Assembly: GCF_009914755.1 (NCBI RefSeq)
Contig: NC_060930.1
Length of the DNA: 64,000 nt
DNA from: the human T2T-CHM13v2.0 reference genome, Homo sapiens
Strand: one strand, 5' to 3'
Shown here: one piece after another, positions 14,921 to 30,003 of the stretch
Numbering within the stretch: position 1 is the first letter of the stretch
Layout: each line of letters opens with the position of its first letter
Program-made: the position numbers and the translations under genes
Notes under the pieces: model-generated
What the model was told of the DNA's origin: nothing
The model's database searches: none
Seen by the model: only the letters and a program-made list of their open reading frames with translations

Positions 14921-15530
14921 GAACTTTGATGAACTTCAAGGAAATTACACTGAATAAAAAAATCCAATCTCGAAAGGATACACACTACACAATTTCATTT
15001 ATACAGTATTTGTGAAATGACAGAATTCTACATATAGAAAACAAGCTAGTTTTGCTAGTGGCAAGGGAATGGATGTGGAGTTGGTGGCTAGAAATGAATT
15101 GCACCAGGAATCCCGTGGTGACAGTACTGGAAGTATCTTGATTATGGTATGATATGGTTTGGATCTGTGTCCCCACCCAAATCTCATGTTAAATTATAAT
15201 CCTCAATGTTGGAAGTGGGGCCTGGCGGGAGGTGATTGGCTTGTGGAGGTGATTGGCTTGTGGAGGTGATTTCTAATGGTTTCGCACTAGCCCCCTCGTG
15301 CTGTCTTGTGATAGAGTTCTCACAATATCTGGTTGTTTAAAAATGAGTGGCACCTCCCCCACTCTGTCTTCCTCTTGTTCCAGCCATGTAAGACATGCCT
15401 GCTTCCCCTTTCCCTTCTGCCATGATTGTAAGTTACTGAGGCCTCCCTGAGCAGATGCCAGCATTATGCTTTCTATACAGCCTGTGGAACCATGAGCGAA
15501 TTAAACATCTTTCCTTTATTAAAAAAAAAA
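14921..15530 (+). mobile_element. Retroposed chimeric insert: old L1M 3'-region fragment (14921-15149), MSTA/B LTR cut at its poly(A) site (15150-15520), then poly(A)
   Basis: TSD AAGTT(A/G)ATTTTGCC at 14907-14920 and 15531-15544; ATTAAA at 15500-15505; A tail from 15521. Confidence 0.8.
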
Positions 15531-17760
15531 AAGTTGATTTTGCCAAGGTTAAAGACATGTCCAGGAGAGAGGTCTGTGATTTTCTTCAAAGATGATTTTG
15601 AGGGCTTCAATATTTAAAGGGGAAACTGGGCTGGAGAGGAAAGAAGGAGAGTATGGCCACATTACAGATGCTCCTTAGAGTTCTATAGCTGATTATAAAC
15701 TACCCAATGAAAGGATAAAAGTAACACAAAAATTGTGGATGACAACAGTCTAGGAACAGTCATGGTTAATGACACCATTGACAAGGAAATTTGGTTACTT
15801 TAGTAGCATACAACAATATTACATACTAGTTATGATTACTACTGATAACATATACTAAGACACATCAGAATCATAGAAATCTCATGCAACTTTGGAACAC
15901 ATACTAATGGCATACTTACAGAATATAATCTGAAGAAATTAAGCAACATTTTATAGTTGCCAAAATCATATTCCTGTATGATTTTATAATACGAAATAGG
16001 CTGAATATGTCTCTTTTGGACTTCAAGAGACCTAATATATATTAAAAAAAACTAATGAGGTCAAAAGAACTGAATTTACAATTTGATTTGGGAAATTTTG
16101 TCAAATATAAAAAGTTTAAAACACTTGACACCACAAAATAGGATCACAGGTTACTGTAAAAAAAAAAAAAAATTCATTTAGCCAAAGTGACAACACATAG
16201 ATATCAAAAAAAGGCAAAAACCTTTATTCTTTGATAGGAGTCTTAATTTCCTAAAATATAAGCCCTAATAAACACGGCACGAGAACAATTAAATCTGTCT
16301 CCCAAACCTTATAAACAATCTGTTAAATTTTAAGTTCTGTGAAACTTTTTATGACCTTTTATAATTATTTATTAACAAGTGGGTTAATGCTCCAAGAAAA
16401 TCTTGTCAATTTGACACAGGAACCCAGATGCTCGTCTTGCATCAGTGTGCCTTTGATGTTCATGTTTAATTTATGGAGAAACTCTGACCTAATTTTATCT
16501 CTCAAGATCAGCCCTTAAAATCTCACATGCCCACCTCTTCTGCAACAGTCCCTGTCCCTAGAGGACTTGAATAGTTTTCATTCTGGCCTCCTGTCTCATG
16601 AGTGCAGTTTATTTTGATTGTCATCTTCTCCTGGATATAAAGGTGAGTCTTTAAATACAGTCAGTGCTTAAGATTTAGCAGGACTTGTCCTTTTTAGACC
16701 CAGGAGTCAAAGTCCTGTAACTAATCAGCACAGGTACTTTAAAAGCCACAAGGAAAGTTACATGGAGGTAATAACCTTAATTTTAGAAAATTGTTTGTCT
16801 CAGTTTTCCTAAGTAAATAAAAACTTAATAACAATGGCATAGAAATTATTTTGATCAAACATAAAATCTGTTTGTTAGACCAGTTACCAAAAGTCAAAAA
16901 AAAAAAAAAATTCTGCAGTGTAATTGCTTTTCTCTATTGGCAGTCCATTTAGGTAACCTGCAGGTCAAAGCCAATGAAAATGGTATTTGCATTAGTTAGA
17001 TATAGAAAAATTGTGTCCTGGGTTACAAGTAAAAGTTTTCAGTTTTATAGAACAATCTAAATTCATGATCACAGAATGTTATATAAGAAGAAAACATTTC
17101 CTTTAGACTTTTAAGATAAAACATTTTCAGCATGAGACCACAACAACAGTTAGAACCTGCGGGAAAAAAATTACAGGAATTGATTAAAAATTTGAAAGAG
17201 AACTATTATCTCAGTTCTTTTCAAAAGGGAGAGAAAGCTGAAAACAATGAGATGCAATAAAAAGTTGAATTTTTGGATTTAAAAAAATGGAATCTTTTTT
17301 ATATTTATTAAAGGTAAATCAATATCTTAAGAAAATTTTATTGTCCTTACCAATTCATTAGGGTATTGCTGTATTTTTAATGTCAACGTCCAATCTCTAA
17401 ACTATTATTAATAATTTTCTTAGATTATAGCCAACTAGATTACATAAAGTCTTTTTCCCCCATGAATCCTCTACTTACAAACCTCATTACGACTTAAACA
17501 AATCTTTCAAAACATGCTTGGACTGCCAATTTTATCATGAATCCCCCTCTTTTCTAAATAATTAGTAATTTTATTTTAGAACAAAATTTGCCATACAAGA
17601 TTCTTCCTTACATAAAATTATTTTTCTTTTAAAAATTCTTACCCCCAAATACTTCATTATATTTGCAACCTTTTTTTACATCTCTCTTATTTACTGGTTC
17701 CATTTACACTGTTCTATAAATGACCTTTAAAGGACCTTCAAGTAAGATGAAATTTTTTTT

Positions 17761-18069
<309 letters not shown>

Positions 18070-19558
18070 AATTTTTCTTTAAATAAGAACACAATTTTTA
18101 AAAAGTATTTTATATAATTTGTTAAAAAATTGGAAATTACGTAGATATTTGATAAGTACCTACTATTTAATTTAATATCTCTTTAGATTCTAAACTGTAT
18201 GTTTATTCAGAACTTATTTCATTGCATTTGCCTAATTTTTTTAATAGCTTATCTAGAGTACCTATGAAAACTGTGATAGTAATTACTTAAATTTATTTGC
18301 CTCTTAACCACTTTTAATGCCTGTGAATGTCAGGTGTTTTATTTTTTGCCAGTAATTCAGAATTTAGCTGTTTTCATTAAATCAACAATATTAGATGCCT
18401 TATTTATAAAAAAATAAATAATTAAACAAGGATAATTATCTTTTGGGCTGCATTTAAAGATTTATAATCCCCATGCCAAATTTTGATACCTTATAATATT
18501 TAGCAGAGATAAATATAAAACTACTTGACCAATATATCTAAAAATAATATATGTTGCAATTCTGAAGACATTTCTAATTTTATTTATCCAAAAATTTTAA
18601 ACCAGCTTGTTTATTAAAGATTTACTTAAGTCATGTGAATTTGAAAAAGCATCATGTCCTAAAGTCTCTATTTTTTCTGAAAAATATTTAAGTGCTTTTT
18701 CTTTCTTAAAGCCAAATAATTACGGCTTTTTAATATATTTTTGGCAGTGAGACATACATAAAACACATACATGCATAGGTATTTTAGACATGAATGTAAA
18801 AGTAAATCTCATACATTCATAAGTTTTCCCATTTTTTTCTCCTATTTTAGACTCAATTTCTTGATAACCTGTTTCATTATTCTGGGCAATTGTCAGCTAC
18901 ATGGCTCCAAATTTGCATACTAATGGAACAACTATTAGGTGAAATTCAGATAGCTAAATATATATCTCAAAGTATGAAGAGAAATTATGGTATGTTGGAG
19001 GGAGATTAAAAATGGATGCCACGTCAAACATAAAATTAGAGAAATCTACCACAAGATTTTATGTAAAGACCAATTTCATTTAGAACGGTAGGCTTTAATT
19101 TAGTTTCTATTTTTAATTGGACCTCTAAGCTGTGGGAAAAGCCCACACTGATTCCTGGATCTCCAAAAGCAGATACCATAGAACCTAGGCCACAGAGTGC
19201 ACTTTGTTATAAAGATATTTATCTAAGTATCTAAATCATGACCTTTATTATCTTAAACACCCAAGAGCAGCCACTATTGTAATAACTATTTTAGTCAAAA
19301 AATCAGGCAATGTAGTACAAAAATAAGCAGTTTAAATAGGAGAGAAGCTTGTCTATTTATACCTTTGGGGTTTCAGAAGGGAAAGTAGATTTCTCCCCAA
19401 ATAGGAGTCCGATGTCTTCTCCGTTTTCTTTAAGGAATCCCAGGCTAATATAAATTATTTTAGACCCCTCATGCAGCAGAGAATGGCAATAGGAAGGAGA
19501 AACAGGACAAAGTAAATGGAGAGAAGAGAATTCAGTCAACAGGGAAAAAAAATGTTTA

Positions 19559-19972
<414 letters not shown>

Positions 19973-21435
19973 TTAAGCTGACTTTTACCATACACCTCTT
20001 AAAAATATCCTTTTTAATCTGTTATTATTATATTTTACCCGTGACAAACTGCTGGTATTTCAAAAGTAACACAAATTTCAAACCAGAAATAACTTGATTT
20101 AGGAACCAAACCCAGGCTGTCTTGGTTAAAAAAAAAAGGGCAGAATCTTAGCTACTAAAATACAGCATGGGGTAAACGCTATTGCTCTTTCAGTTTGGCT
20201 TCACTGGGAAAAGTTGGTGGTGTTGAGTAAATAAAGCCCCTCTGGTTGTCAAAACCTTTTTCTCTCCATTTTTCCCCTTTTGCTGGCCATTGTTTCCTAT
20301 TTTTCCATTTACTTTCCTTTTTTTTTTTTTTTCTTTTTTTTCAGCTGAGAGAATCTAGCCAATTCAGAGGACTTGTTCCTCATTATCTGGACCTTTTTTC
20401 AGATTTAATCAAGTCAGATAGAGTTGGTCAAACCCAATTGGAAAAAGACTGAAACAACAACAAAAACAAATAAAGAAAAATACAATTAAGCAAAAGAAAA
20501 AAAAAACTTACAATTTATACCATTACTGACAGCTCTAATGATAAGGAGAAATTGAGACCAGCTGGTTTTTAATCTTAAAATTTAGTCATTAAAGATAATT
20601 TCCAGAAAAATCTTCAATTCAGCTAGTTACCTAGGAATTGGGCCCAGGCTATAGACAGCTCTCTAGCATCTTAGAAACAGGAAAATACTCAAACTCATCT
20701 TCCATGTTGGAAGTTAGCTGAAACTCCAAAAAGAGTTTGCCTGTTCTCCATCATCATGGAAGCAGGAAAACTTTCCTTTCTTGATGGAATCAAGTAAAAC
20801 TTTAGAAAAGGAGTTTTATAGCAAAATAAATCTTAGATCTCAAACAAATTTGAGGAACCCAGGATTCTCTAGACAGGAGAGCTCCCAGACCTCAGCAAAT
20901 TTTCCGATTGGTTTGATCAATAAAAATAGCCTAGAACTAATAGAAGATTTGTCAAAGGTCAGTATCACCTCCCCCAGGGTCTCTTCTGTTGGTTGCCAAT
21001 TTGTAAACCAAAAAGTATCTGAGACAGGTCTCAGTCAGTTTAGAAGTTGATTTTACCAAGGTTAAGTAGATGCCCAGGACAGAGGTCTGTGCCTTTCTCC
21101 AAAGATGATTTTGAGGGCTTCAGTATTTAAATGGGAAAAGTGGGTTGGAGGAAACTGAGGGAGGTTATGGTCACATTACTAAATCCACATGTTGCAAGGG
21201 AAAGGGAGCAGGTAGGGGAATGGCCAATTATCTATTGTCTCACCCTCAGTACATCAGCACTTTTCACAAGATGAGGTGAACATGGAGTAGCAATTTGTGG
21301 AGATATTTATCCTTTTATCTGTAGCTATCTGCTTAGGAACAGAAGGAAAGGCAGCTGCTTCCATGACTGCTTTCAGCTTAACTTTTTCCTTTTGGCTTAA
21401 TGAATTAGTGTCTCAAATTTTATTTTCTTTTTACA

Positions 21436-23459
21436 AATATAATAATCTTATGACTTTTGTTTAAAACATTGCTGATTCTTTTTGTTTTGTTTTTTAGAGT
21501 CGAGAAAACTATCTTTTTCTTTTAAGCTATTTATAACTTTTAACGAACAATTTTCAAGTATATTTCTCTCTTTCTGATTTCTCCAAAATTTGGAAACCAT
21601 TTGTGAGTATTCTTAACTCATAGCAATATAGTTATTTGCATAAGTTCAATAAGAATCTTTTTTATATTGTAATGTAAAAAAAGTTGAGATACTGGTTATT
21701 TTACCAAGGCTCTGACTAGAATGGCATACTTTCAGATAAATCCAAAGGCATGAGGAATTGAGGTTGACATATAAAGCCAGTAAAAGCTCCTTGGTAAAAC
21801 TGAACTTATATCTTGCTTTTTTATGGGATTTTTGATCAGTGGTAGGTAATGAATGACACTTTCTGACAAGCCTAGGAACCACAAATTGCCTTGCAATGTC
21901 AAGAAGAAAGGAATTCACCTAATTCATACCATTATCTGCAGTCACAAATAAATCTTTGTTTGGGCTTAACTCTTTTACAAGATCTATTTTGATATTCCTT
22001 ATGAAAAGACATGTTCCAGCCAAACCGGTTTTTTAAAGGATATGGCAAATAATTGTTTTGGCTGCACTTTATGCAAATAATCAGTCCACGTATAAAAGAC
22101 TAGACTTTATTTGGCAAATAAATTGGTCTCAGTATTACTTTGTCTTTAATATAACTGAAGTATTGGAGACAGAAAGATTATACCTGCTGTTAGACTCTAA
22201 TCTTGTCCATTGTTTTGTGGTTTTTATTATTTTCTTGGACTGACTCCTGAATTTGAACTATATCCTGAGTATTTTTCCAGCTATAAGTCTCCAAACTAAC
22301 GTTTCAATTTTTTCTTCCATTTTTCTTATTTGACATCAGTAGAAATTAAAACTGTGGTATTCTTAAAGCCGTGCTAGACAATTTAAACTTGGGGAAATAA
22401 TATAGCAACTTATGTATATAAACAATCTTTGTGCCTGCCTGCTAATGTATGAAGTTCTCAGAAAGTTCGCCTGAACACCTGATTTGAACATCAATCCAGA
22501 AGAATCTGTCAAATTGCCACTGCAATCTGAAGATGACTCAGAGATTCTAAAAAAGCTAGTCTATATACTAACTACTCCAGACATTAACCTTTGTGTGTTT
22601 TTTTCCTGTTTCTATAGAAATGCCTCTTTATTAGAGATCTGATTCCTTACATCATATATAGAGGCTTAGCCCATCTGCAATGCCATGTCTGGGAATGGGA
22701 TGTAGTTTCTTAAATGAAATAATTTACTCTCAGTCCTAAGAGAATGACTAAAGAAGATACAGGACAATATGTTTAAATTTGCTCTTTTTCTATCTTAATT
22801 TGTCTTTCTAAATCTTTATCACTAACAACCTCTAACCCAAATTTCTCTAAAGCTAACAGCTTGGGTTTTAATATGTGAAACTTGTTTTAAGTTTCAGAGT
22901 GGGACTGAAAGAAATTAAAATATTTTACTCCAAAGTATATTTCTTTGACATATTTTGAAATGGCTGACACTTGGCCATCCTAACAAAAGTGGCCTTGCAA
23001 AACTGTCTTAAGTAGAAAAAAATTGCATCTGTAGAGAATCTCCATTAATGAAGAAATGCCCTCTTCCCCTTTCTATTCCTTTCCCCAAATCCAGGAGAGA
23101 TTGAGAGTCTGATACCTTTTGAAGTCTGAAAAGAAACTTTATCATCTATTCTCTCTGAGGGAGACTTCATCTACATAACAAGACCACCTGCCTTGCCCAG
23201 CTTCTTCCTTTCTCTCTCTTAACTTTTCTTGGCATTAAACAATTTACCTGTTTCTGGCCATGTTCTGAGTCTGCATAGTTTATTGGCCTCAGGATGATGT
23301 AAGTTTCTGTAAGTTACTGAGAAGTTGAGTCCTAATTCTGAACACTCCTGTGTATACATTTTAAATAAATTTGTATGTCTTTTCTCCTATTAATCAATCT
23401 GCCTTATGTCAATAATTTTTAGGAAACCCATATGGGGCCAAAAACCTATGGCCCCCACA
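21436..23459 (+). mobile_element. ERV1 (MER4-group) internal 3' region, PPT and complete 3' LTR (22906-23459, MER65/MER34-like)
   Basis: PPT-like TTTCAGAGTGGGAC directly before TGAAAG at 22906; LTR ends GGCCCCCACA; AATAAA at ~23365. Confidence 0.75.
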
Positions 23460-23499
23460 AGATCAACATCACCTTGTTCTTGTTTTTAAGCCTATTCTC

Positions 23500-23770
23500 A
23501 AGCTTTAGTGAATCTTCTTAAATGCAATTCTATTCCAGTACATCTCAGGTAGAACCTGAGATTCCATATTTCTAACCAGCTCTCAGGTGATTCTGATGCA
23601 GTTCATTCAAGGCCCAGTTTTGTAGTCACAAGTGTAGAAGACACACTTGGAACTTACTATAAATGTGAAATTCAGGCTCCATATCACACCTTGTGAATCA
23701 CTGTGAATTTTAACATGATTCCACGTGATCCCAAATTTGATTATAAGCACATTAAATTTTCAAAGCACTG
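23500..23770. mobile_element. MER5A-like fragments
   Basis: TTCTAACCAGCTCTCAGGTGATTCTGATGCAG and related motifs. Confidence 0.6.
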
Positions 23771-25797
23771 TGGATGAAATAAATGAGTTTGGCAGTTATG
23801 GAAGATAGTGATTGACAGAGAATAAAAGAATGCTAAAGTATTGCCTTCAGTTGGGCCAGAAGATGTTGATATTATACATTTTAAGATATTTATAAATTTA
23901 ACAAGAAAATATATGCAGGACTTTCAGAAGTATATAATCATATATCTATAATTTGATATAAAAATAAAATAAAATAAAGACGTAAATATTTTTATGACAA
24001 AATTTGTTTTGTTCCAGAAATCCTGGTGATTTTTATTTTCCACCTCAATTTTCATGATCACCATTATTCTACTTAAACAAAGGTAGGCATATCTCTAATT
24101 CATCCTGAGCCTTATTATGATTGATTGCCCAGTTGTAAAAAGAAAAATTTCAAGTGGACAGATTAAAAGAATTTGAAAATCTAAAGACTAAAAAATATGC
24201 TGGAGTTAGAGAGACCACCTTTTGTCAAGATTTCAGATACTTGCAGTAAGACACTATGTTCTTCCATGTCCCGTGCGTGGTCCTGCTCAGGGAAAAGTTT
24301 GGCATCACAACCAGGTTATGTGAGAAAATATTTTGAATTATAAATGTAGGTTTAATGTAAGGTATGATTGGCAGAAATAATAAGAAATTTGATTCAAGGG
24401 CTTATATTCACATAATTTTTAGGCAGCATTTCATGAAAAGAAAGTAAAGAATGTCAATAAGATGCATTTAAGAGTGAGTGCATTCCATTCAAATAGCAAA
24501 TTCGTGGCAAGACTCCTATGATGCCTTATTATGTTTACTTATATATTTTTCTTATAATTTAGGGGTCAGATGATTTTTTTTCATAGGAAGTCATATAATA
24601 ACATGTTATAGGCAACAAAATAAGTTCAGACTTTCTCCTCATAAAAAGCAATTCTAATTTGACTGACTAGCTTGAAAATGAGTACTGCCTTTAACAATTA
24701 GTCTATACTGTGAATATGTTTCATTGAAAAGCTGAATCTAGAGTTCCAGTGATTAACACAAATACATTTAAGGCATGGTGTATAATAAATGTATTTTATC
24801 AAAACATTTTGTTTGTAAAAGGGAAAGGGTATAATTACAATATTTCAATTAAATTTTGCTATTGTTTTTTTGAGCATATCAAGTTTAAAATGTTTTTACC
24901 TCAAAATAATAAGAGCCATTTATGACAAACCCACAGCCAATATTACACTGAATGTGAAAAAGCTGGAGGCATTCCCCTTGAAAACCAGCATAAGACAAGG
25001 ATGCCATCTCTCACCACTCTTATTCAACATAGCATTGGAAGTTCTGTCCAGGGCAATCAGGCAAGAGAAAGAAATAAAGCGTATTCAAAAAGGAAGAGAG
25101 GAAATAAGACTGTCTCTCTTTGCAGATGAGCTGATCCTATATCTAGAAAACCTCATTGTCTCAGGCCCAAAGCTCCTTAAGGTGATAAACAACTTCAGCA
25201 AGATCTCAGGATACAAAAGCAATATGCAAAAATCACAAGCATTTTTATACACCAGCAATAGACATGCAAAGAGCCAAATCATGAATGAACTCTCATTCAC
25301 AATTGCTACAAAGAGAATAAAATACCTAGAAATACAACTAACAAGAAAAGTGAGGACCTCTTCAAGGGTAACTACAAACCACTGCCCAAGGAAATCAGAG
25401 AGGACAGAAACAAATGGAAAAACACTTCACATTCATAGATAGGATGAATCATATTGTGAAAATGGCCATACTGCCCAAAGTAATTTATAGATTCAATGAT
25501 ATTCCCATTAAACTAACATTGACATTCTTCACAGCATTAGAAATAAAAAATTTTAAATTCATATGGAACAAAAACAGAGCTGTATAGCCAAGATAATCCT
25601 AAGCAAAAAGAACAAAGCTGGAGGCATTATCCTAGCCAACTTCAAACTATAATGCAAGGCTATAGTAAACAAAACTGTATGGGACTGGTACAAAAACAGA
25701 CACATAGAACAACAGAACAGAATAGAGATCTCAGAAATTAAGACTTCACATCTACGACCATCTGATCTTTGACAAACCTGACAAAAACAAGCAATAG

Positions 25798-25917
<120 letters not shown>

Positions 25918-28900
25918 TGAAATGTAAAACCCAAAACTATAAGAACCCTAGAAGAAAATCTAGGCAATACCATTCAAAACATAGGCACAGGCAAATATTT
26001 AATAATAAAAATCTCAAAAGCAATTTCAACAAAAGCAAAAATGAACACATGGAAAAGTAAAGAGCTTCTGCAGGGCAAAAGTGTCACATGCGTCCATGTG
26101 AAGAGCCCACCAAACAGGCTTTGTGTGAGCAATAAAACTATTTATTTCACCTGGGTGCAAGTGGGCTGAGTCCAAAAAGACAGCCAGCAAAGGGAGATAG
26201 GGGTGGGGCCGTTTTATAGGATTTGGGTGGGTAGTGGAAAATTACAGTCAGAGGGGATTTTTCTCTTGCAGGCAGGGGTGGGGGTCACAAGGTGTTCAGT
26301 GGGGGAGTTTCTGAGCCAGGAGAAGGAATTTCACAAGGTTAATCACTCAGTTAAGGTGGGGCAGGAACAAATCACAATGGTGGAATGTCAACAGTTAAGG
26401 CAGGAATGGGCCATTTTTACTTATTTTGTGATTCTTCACTTGCTTCAGGCCATCTGGATGTATACATGCAGGTCACAGGGGATATGATGGCTTAGCTTGG
26501 GCTCAGAGGCCTGACATTCCTGTCTTTTTATATTAATAAGAAAAATAACATAAAATAGTGTTGAAGTGTTGGGGCAGAGAAAATTTGGGGGTGGGGTGTG
26601 GTATGGAGAGATAATGGGCAATGTTTCTCAGGGCTGCTTTGAGCAGGATTAGGGATTGCGTGGAAACCTAGAATAGGAGAGATAAAGCTGAAGGAAAATT
26701 TTATGGTAAGGGGCAATACTGTGGGGTTGTTAAAAGCAGCATTTGTCGTGTAGAATGATTGGTGATGGCCTGGATGCAGTTTTGTGTGAACTGAAAAACT
26801 AAACGGAAGACACAAGGTCTGAATAAGAGAAGAAGAAAAATAGGTATTAAAGGACTAAGAATTGGGAAGACACAGGACATCTAATTAGAGAGTTCCCAAG
26901 GGAGTTCAGCCTAATTACTTGCTTGGTTGGCAAGTTTTTAGACTCTATCCTTGAGTTTTTTTATGTTGTCATATACCAGGCCAGATAGATTCAGGTAAAA
27001 ACAACACTTTTCTTTAAAAATATACGGAGTCCCCTCTTTTTAACAGTGAGTAAGTTGAGTCTTTGAGTTTTTTTATGTTGTTATACACCAGGCCAGATTG
27101 ATTTAGGTAAAAACAACACTCTTTATTTAAAAATATATAGAATCCTCTTTTTTTTTTTAGCAGTGAATAAGTAGAGGCCTCGGTGATTTTGGAGGAAAGA
27201 GAAATGCAAAGCCAGCAATTGTTTGTTAAAGGATTAGAAATGGCTAGGAGAGAGTGAGTGAGATTGATAGTGTGGTGGAGATAGCTGGGGAGAGGTAGAG
27301 GGTGGCATAAGAATGGGAACGAGAATAAGAGAGAGTATAAAAGTAAAGAATAGGACTTCATCAGGGTGAAAGTATTGGAGTGTACTCTGTCAGCAAAGAT
27401 TATCCACTTTAAAAGAGACTTAAGTGTGGCAGTTTTAGGTAAAATCAGGAGATGTCAGTTATGATGGTTTGAGGGAAAAGTGTAAACCGGCAGTGTAAAC
27501 AAGGACAGGGCATCTATGAGTAGTTGAGAATGGTGAATAGGAGTATGACTAAACAGAAGATAGAAGGGATGACAAGTTTTTGGGGTGCCGTCCAAGTTGG
27601 GCTGGTGTCTGGAATGAGACTGGGGCCTAATAAAAAAGGAGCACCCATACAGGTGTTCAAATGGGCTGTACCCTGTAGCATCCTGAGGGATCTAATTCTG
27701 AGAAGGGCAAGAGGTAAAAGTACTGTCCCGTCCTTTTTAAGTTGGAGGCTGAGCTTGGTGAGGTGTGTCTTTAAAAGACCATTAGTCCGTTCTACCTTTC
27801 CTGAAGACTGAGGATGGTAAAGGGTATGAAGTTTCCACTGAATACCAAGAGTCTGAGAAACTGTTTGGGTGGTTTGACTAGTAAAGGCCGGTCCGTTATT
27901 GGACTGTATAGAGGTGGGAAGGCCAAACCAAGGAATTATGTCTAACGGAAGGGAAGAAATGACCTTGGTGGCCTTCTCAGACCCTGTTGGGAAAGGCCTC
28001 TACCCATCCAGTGAAAGTGTCTACACAGACCAAGAGGTATTTTAGTTTCCTGACTCAGGGCATGTGAGTAAAGTCAATTTGCCAGTCCTGGGCAAGGGCA
28101 AATTCCCGAACTTGATGTGTAGGGAAGGGAGGGAGCCTGAGAAATTCCTGAGGAGTAGTAGAATAGCAGACGGAACACTGAGAAGTGATTTTTTGAGGAT
28201 AAATTTTTACAATGGAAAGGAAAAGAGAGGTTTTAAGAGGTGGGCTAGCAGCTTGTAACTTACATGGTTATGAAATGACGACAGAATAGAATGGGCCTGT
28301 CAGGCTGGAAGGAGATATTTTCCTTGGTCCAAGAACTATTTGCCTTGTGTGGGAAGTGATTGATAGGTGGAAGTTTCAGTGGGGAAGTAGGTGGGAGTGA
28401 CTGATGAGAAGGAGAGAAATTGGCTGTGAGAGACAGAAGATGGAACGCTAGCTGCTTTTTAAGCTACCTTATCAGCATAAGTATTGACCTGAGCGATGGG
28501 ATCTGATGCCTTTTGATGGCCCTTGCAATGAATGACTCCAGCTCCCATTGGAAGTAAAGTGGCCTTGAGAAGAGTTTTTATTAAAGTGGCATTAATGATG
28601 GAGGACCCTTGCGTAGCGAGGAAACGTATTTCAGCCCATATAACCGCATGGTGGTGCAGGATATGGAAGGCATATTTAGAGTCAGTATAAATATTGACAT
28701 GTAGTACCTTTGCAAGAGTGAGGGCTTGAGTTAAGGCAATGAGTTTGGCTTGCTGGGAGGTAGTGGATGGGGGCAGAAAGTATATGTGTCAGGTGTGAGA
28801 GAGAAAATATATTTTGGAAGTTATGAGAACTGTAGAGAGTGAGTTGAGCATTGTTTATGATTTTCAGGGCCTCTAAAAGTATTAGAGCAGTGGCAGCTGC

Positions 28901-29555
28901 CTCATGCAGATGTGAGGGCTAGGCTAAACAGTAAGGTCAAGTTGTTTGGACAGAAATGCTACAGGGTGCAGTCCCAGCTCTTGTGTAAGAATTCTGACCT
29001 CACAGCCCTGTACTTTGGCTGGGTGTAATGAAAAGGCTTGGGATGAGTTAGGGAGAGTTAGTGTGGGAGCAGCTTCTAGGGCTGTTTTTAAGGAATGGAA
29101 AGGAGTGGCAAAAGGATTTAGGATTTATAGGGTCAACTAGGTTTGCTTTTGTGAGTTTATATAATGGTTTAGTCAGGATGGTAAAACTAGGTATCCAAAG
29201 GCGGAAGTATGTAATCATGCCTAAGAAGGAAAGGAGTTGTTGTTTTGTAGAAGGGGTTGGGGTTTGGGAGATTAGGCAGACATGATTAGACGGGAGAGCA
29301 GGTGTGTTTTTATGAAGAATTATTCTGAGATAGGTAATGGATGAGGAAGAAATTTGGGCTTGACTGAAGTAATGGGGGCTATCTGTGAAGCCTTGCAGCA
29401 GTACAGCCCAGGTAATTTGCTGAGCCTGACGGGTGTCAGGGTCAGTCCATGTGAAAGGGAAGAGAGGCTGGGATGAAGAGTGGAAAGAAATAGTAAAGAA
29501 AGCATGTTTGATATCCAGAACAGAATAATGGTTTGTGGAGGGAGGTATCTCAATA

Positions 29556-30003
29556 TTTCTATTTTTCCATACTACAAGATCTAGATTATTTTTGTCATAA
29601 AATGGGCAAACGGTCTGAGATGCCTGACGTCCAGACATTCCTTTACATATTGATCCCTCCCTAGTCTCTGTTCCCAATGCAACTCATCCCAAATCTTCCT
29701 TCTTTCCCTCCCGCCTGTCCCCTAAGTCCCAATCCCAAGCATTGCTGAGTCTTTCCAATCTTCATTTTCTACCAGCCCATCTGACCTCTCCCCTCCTCCC
29801 CAGACTGCCCCAGGTCACTCCCCTCCAGGCTGAATCAGGCTCCAAATCTTCCTCAGCCTTCTCTCCCCCACCCTTCTATCACCTCCTCTCCCCACACCCC
29901 ATTCGGCTTACAGTTTCATTCCGAGACTAGCCCTCTCCCACCTGCCCAACAGTTCCTCTTAAGGAAGTGACTGGAGCTAAAAGCATAGTCAAGGTTAATG
30001 CTC
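29556..30003 (+). repeat. 448-bp inverted copy of HERV-H gag-region 31288-31735 inserted into pol
   Basis: Reverse-complement identity with 2 mismatches seen by eye; identical 62-aa ORFs at 29742+ and 31549-. Confidence 0.95.

Noticed and set aside
15229-15271. 17-bp tandem repeat GGAGGTGATTGGCTTGT (~2.5 copies)
   Set aside because: Local slippage within the MST LTR.
29048-29677. 209-aa chimeric ORF across the inverted-duplication junction
   Set aside because: It has a non-ATG start and fuses antisense gag to an RT lacking YxDD; it is a by-product of the rearrangement.
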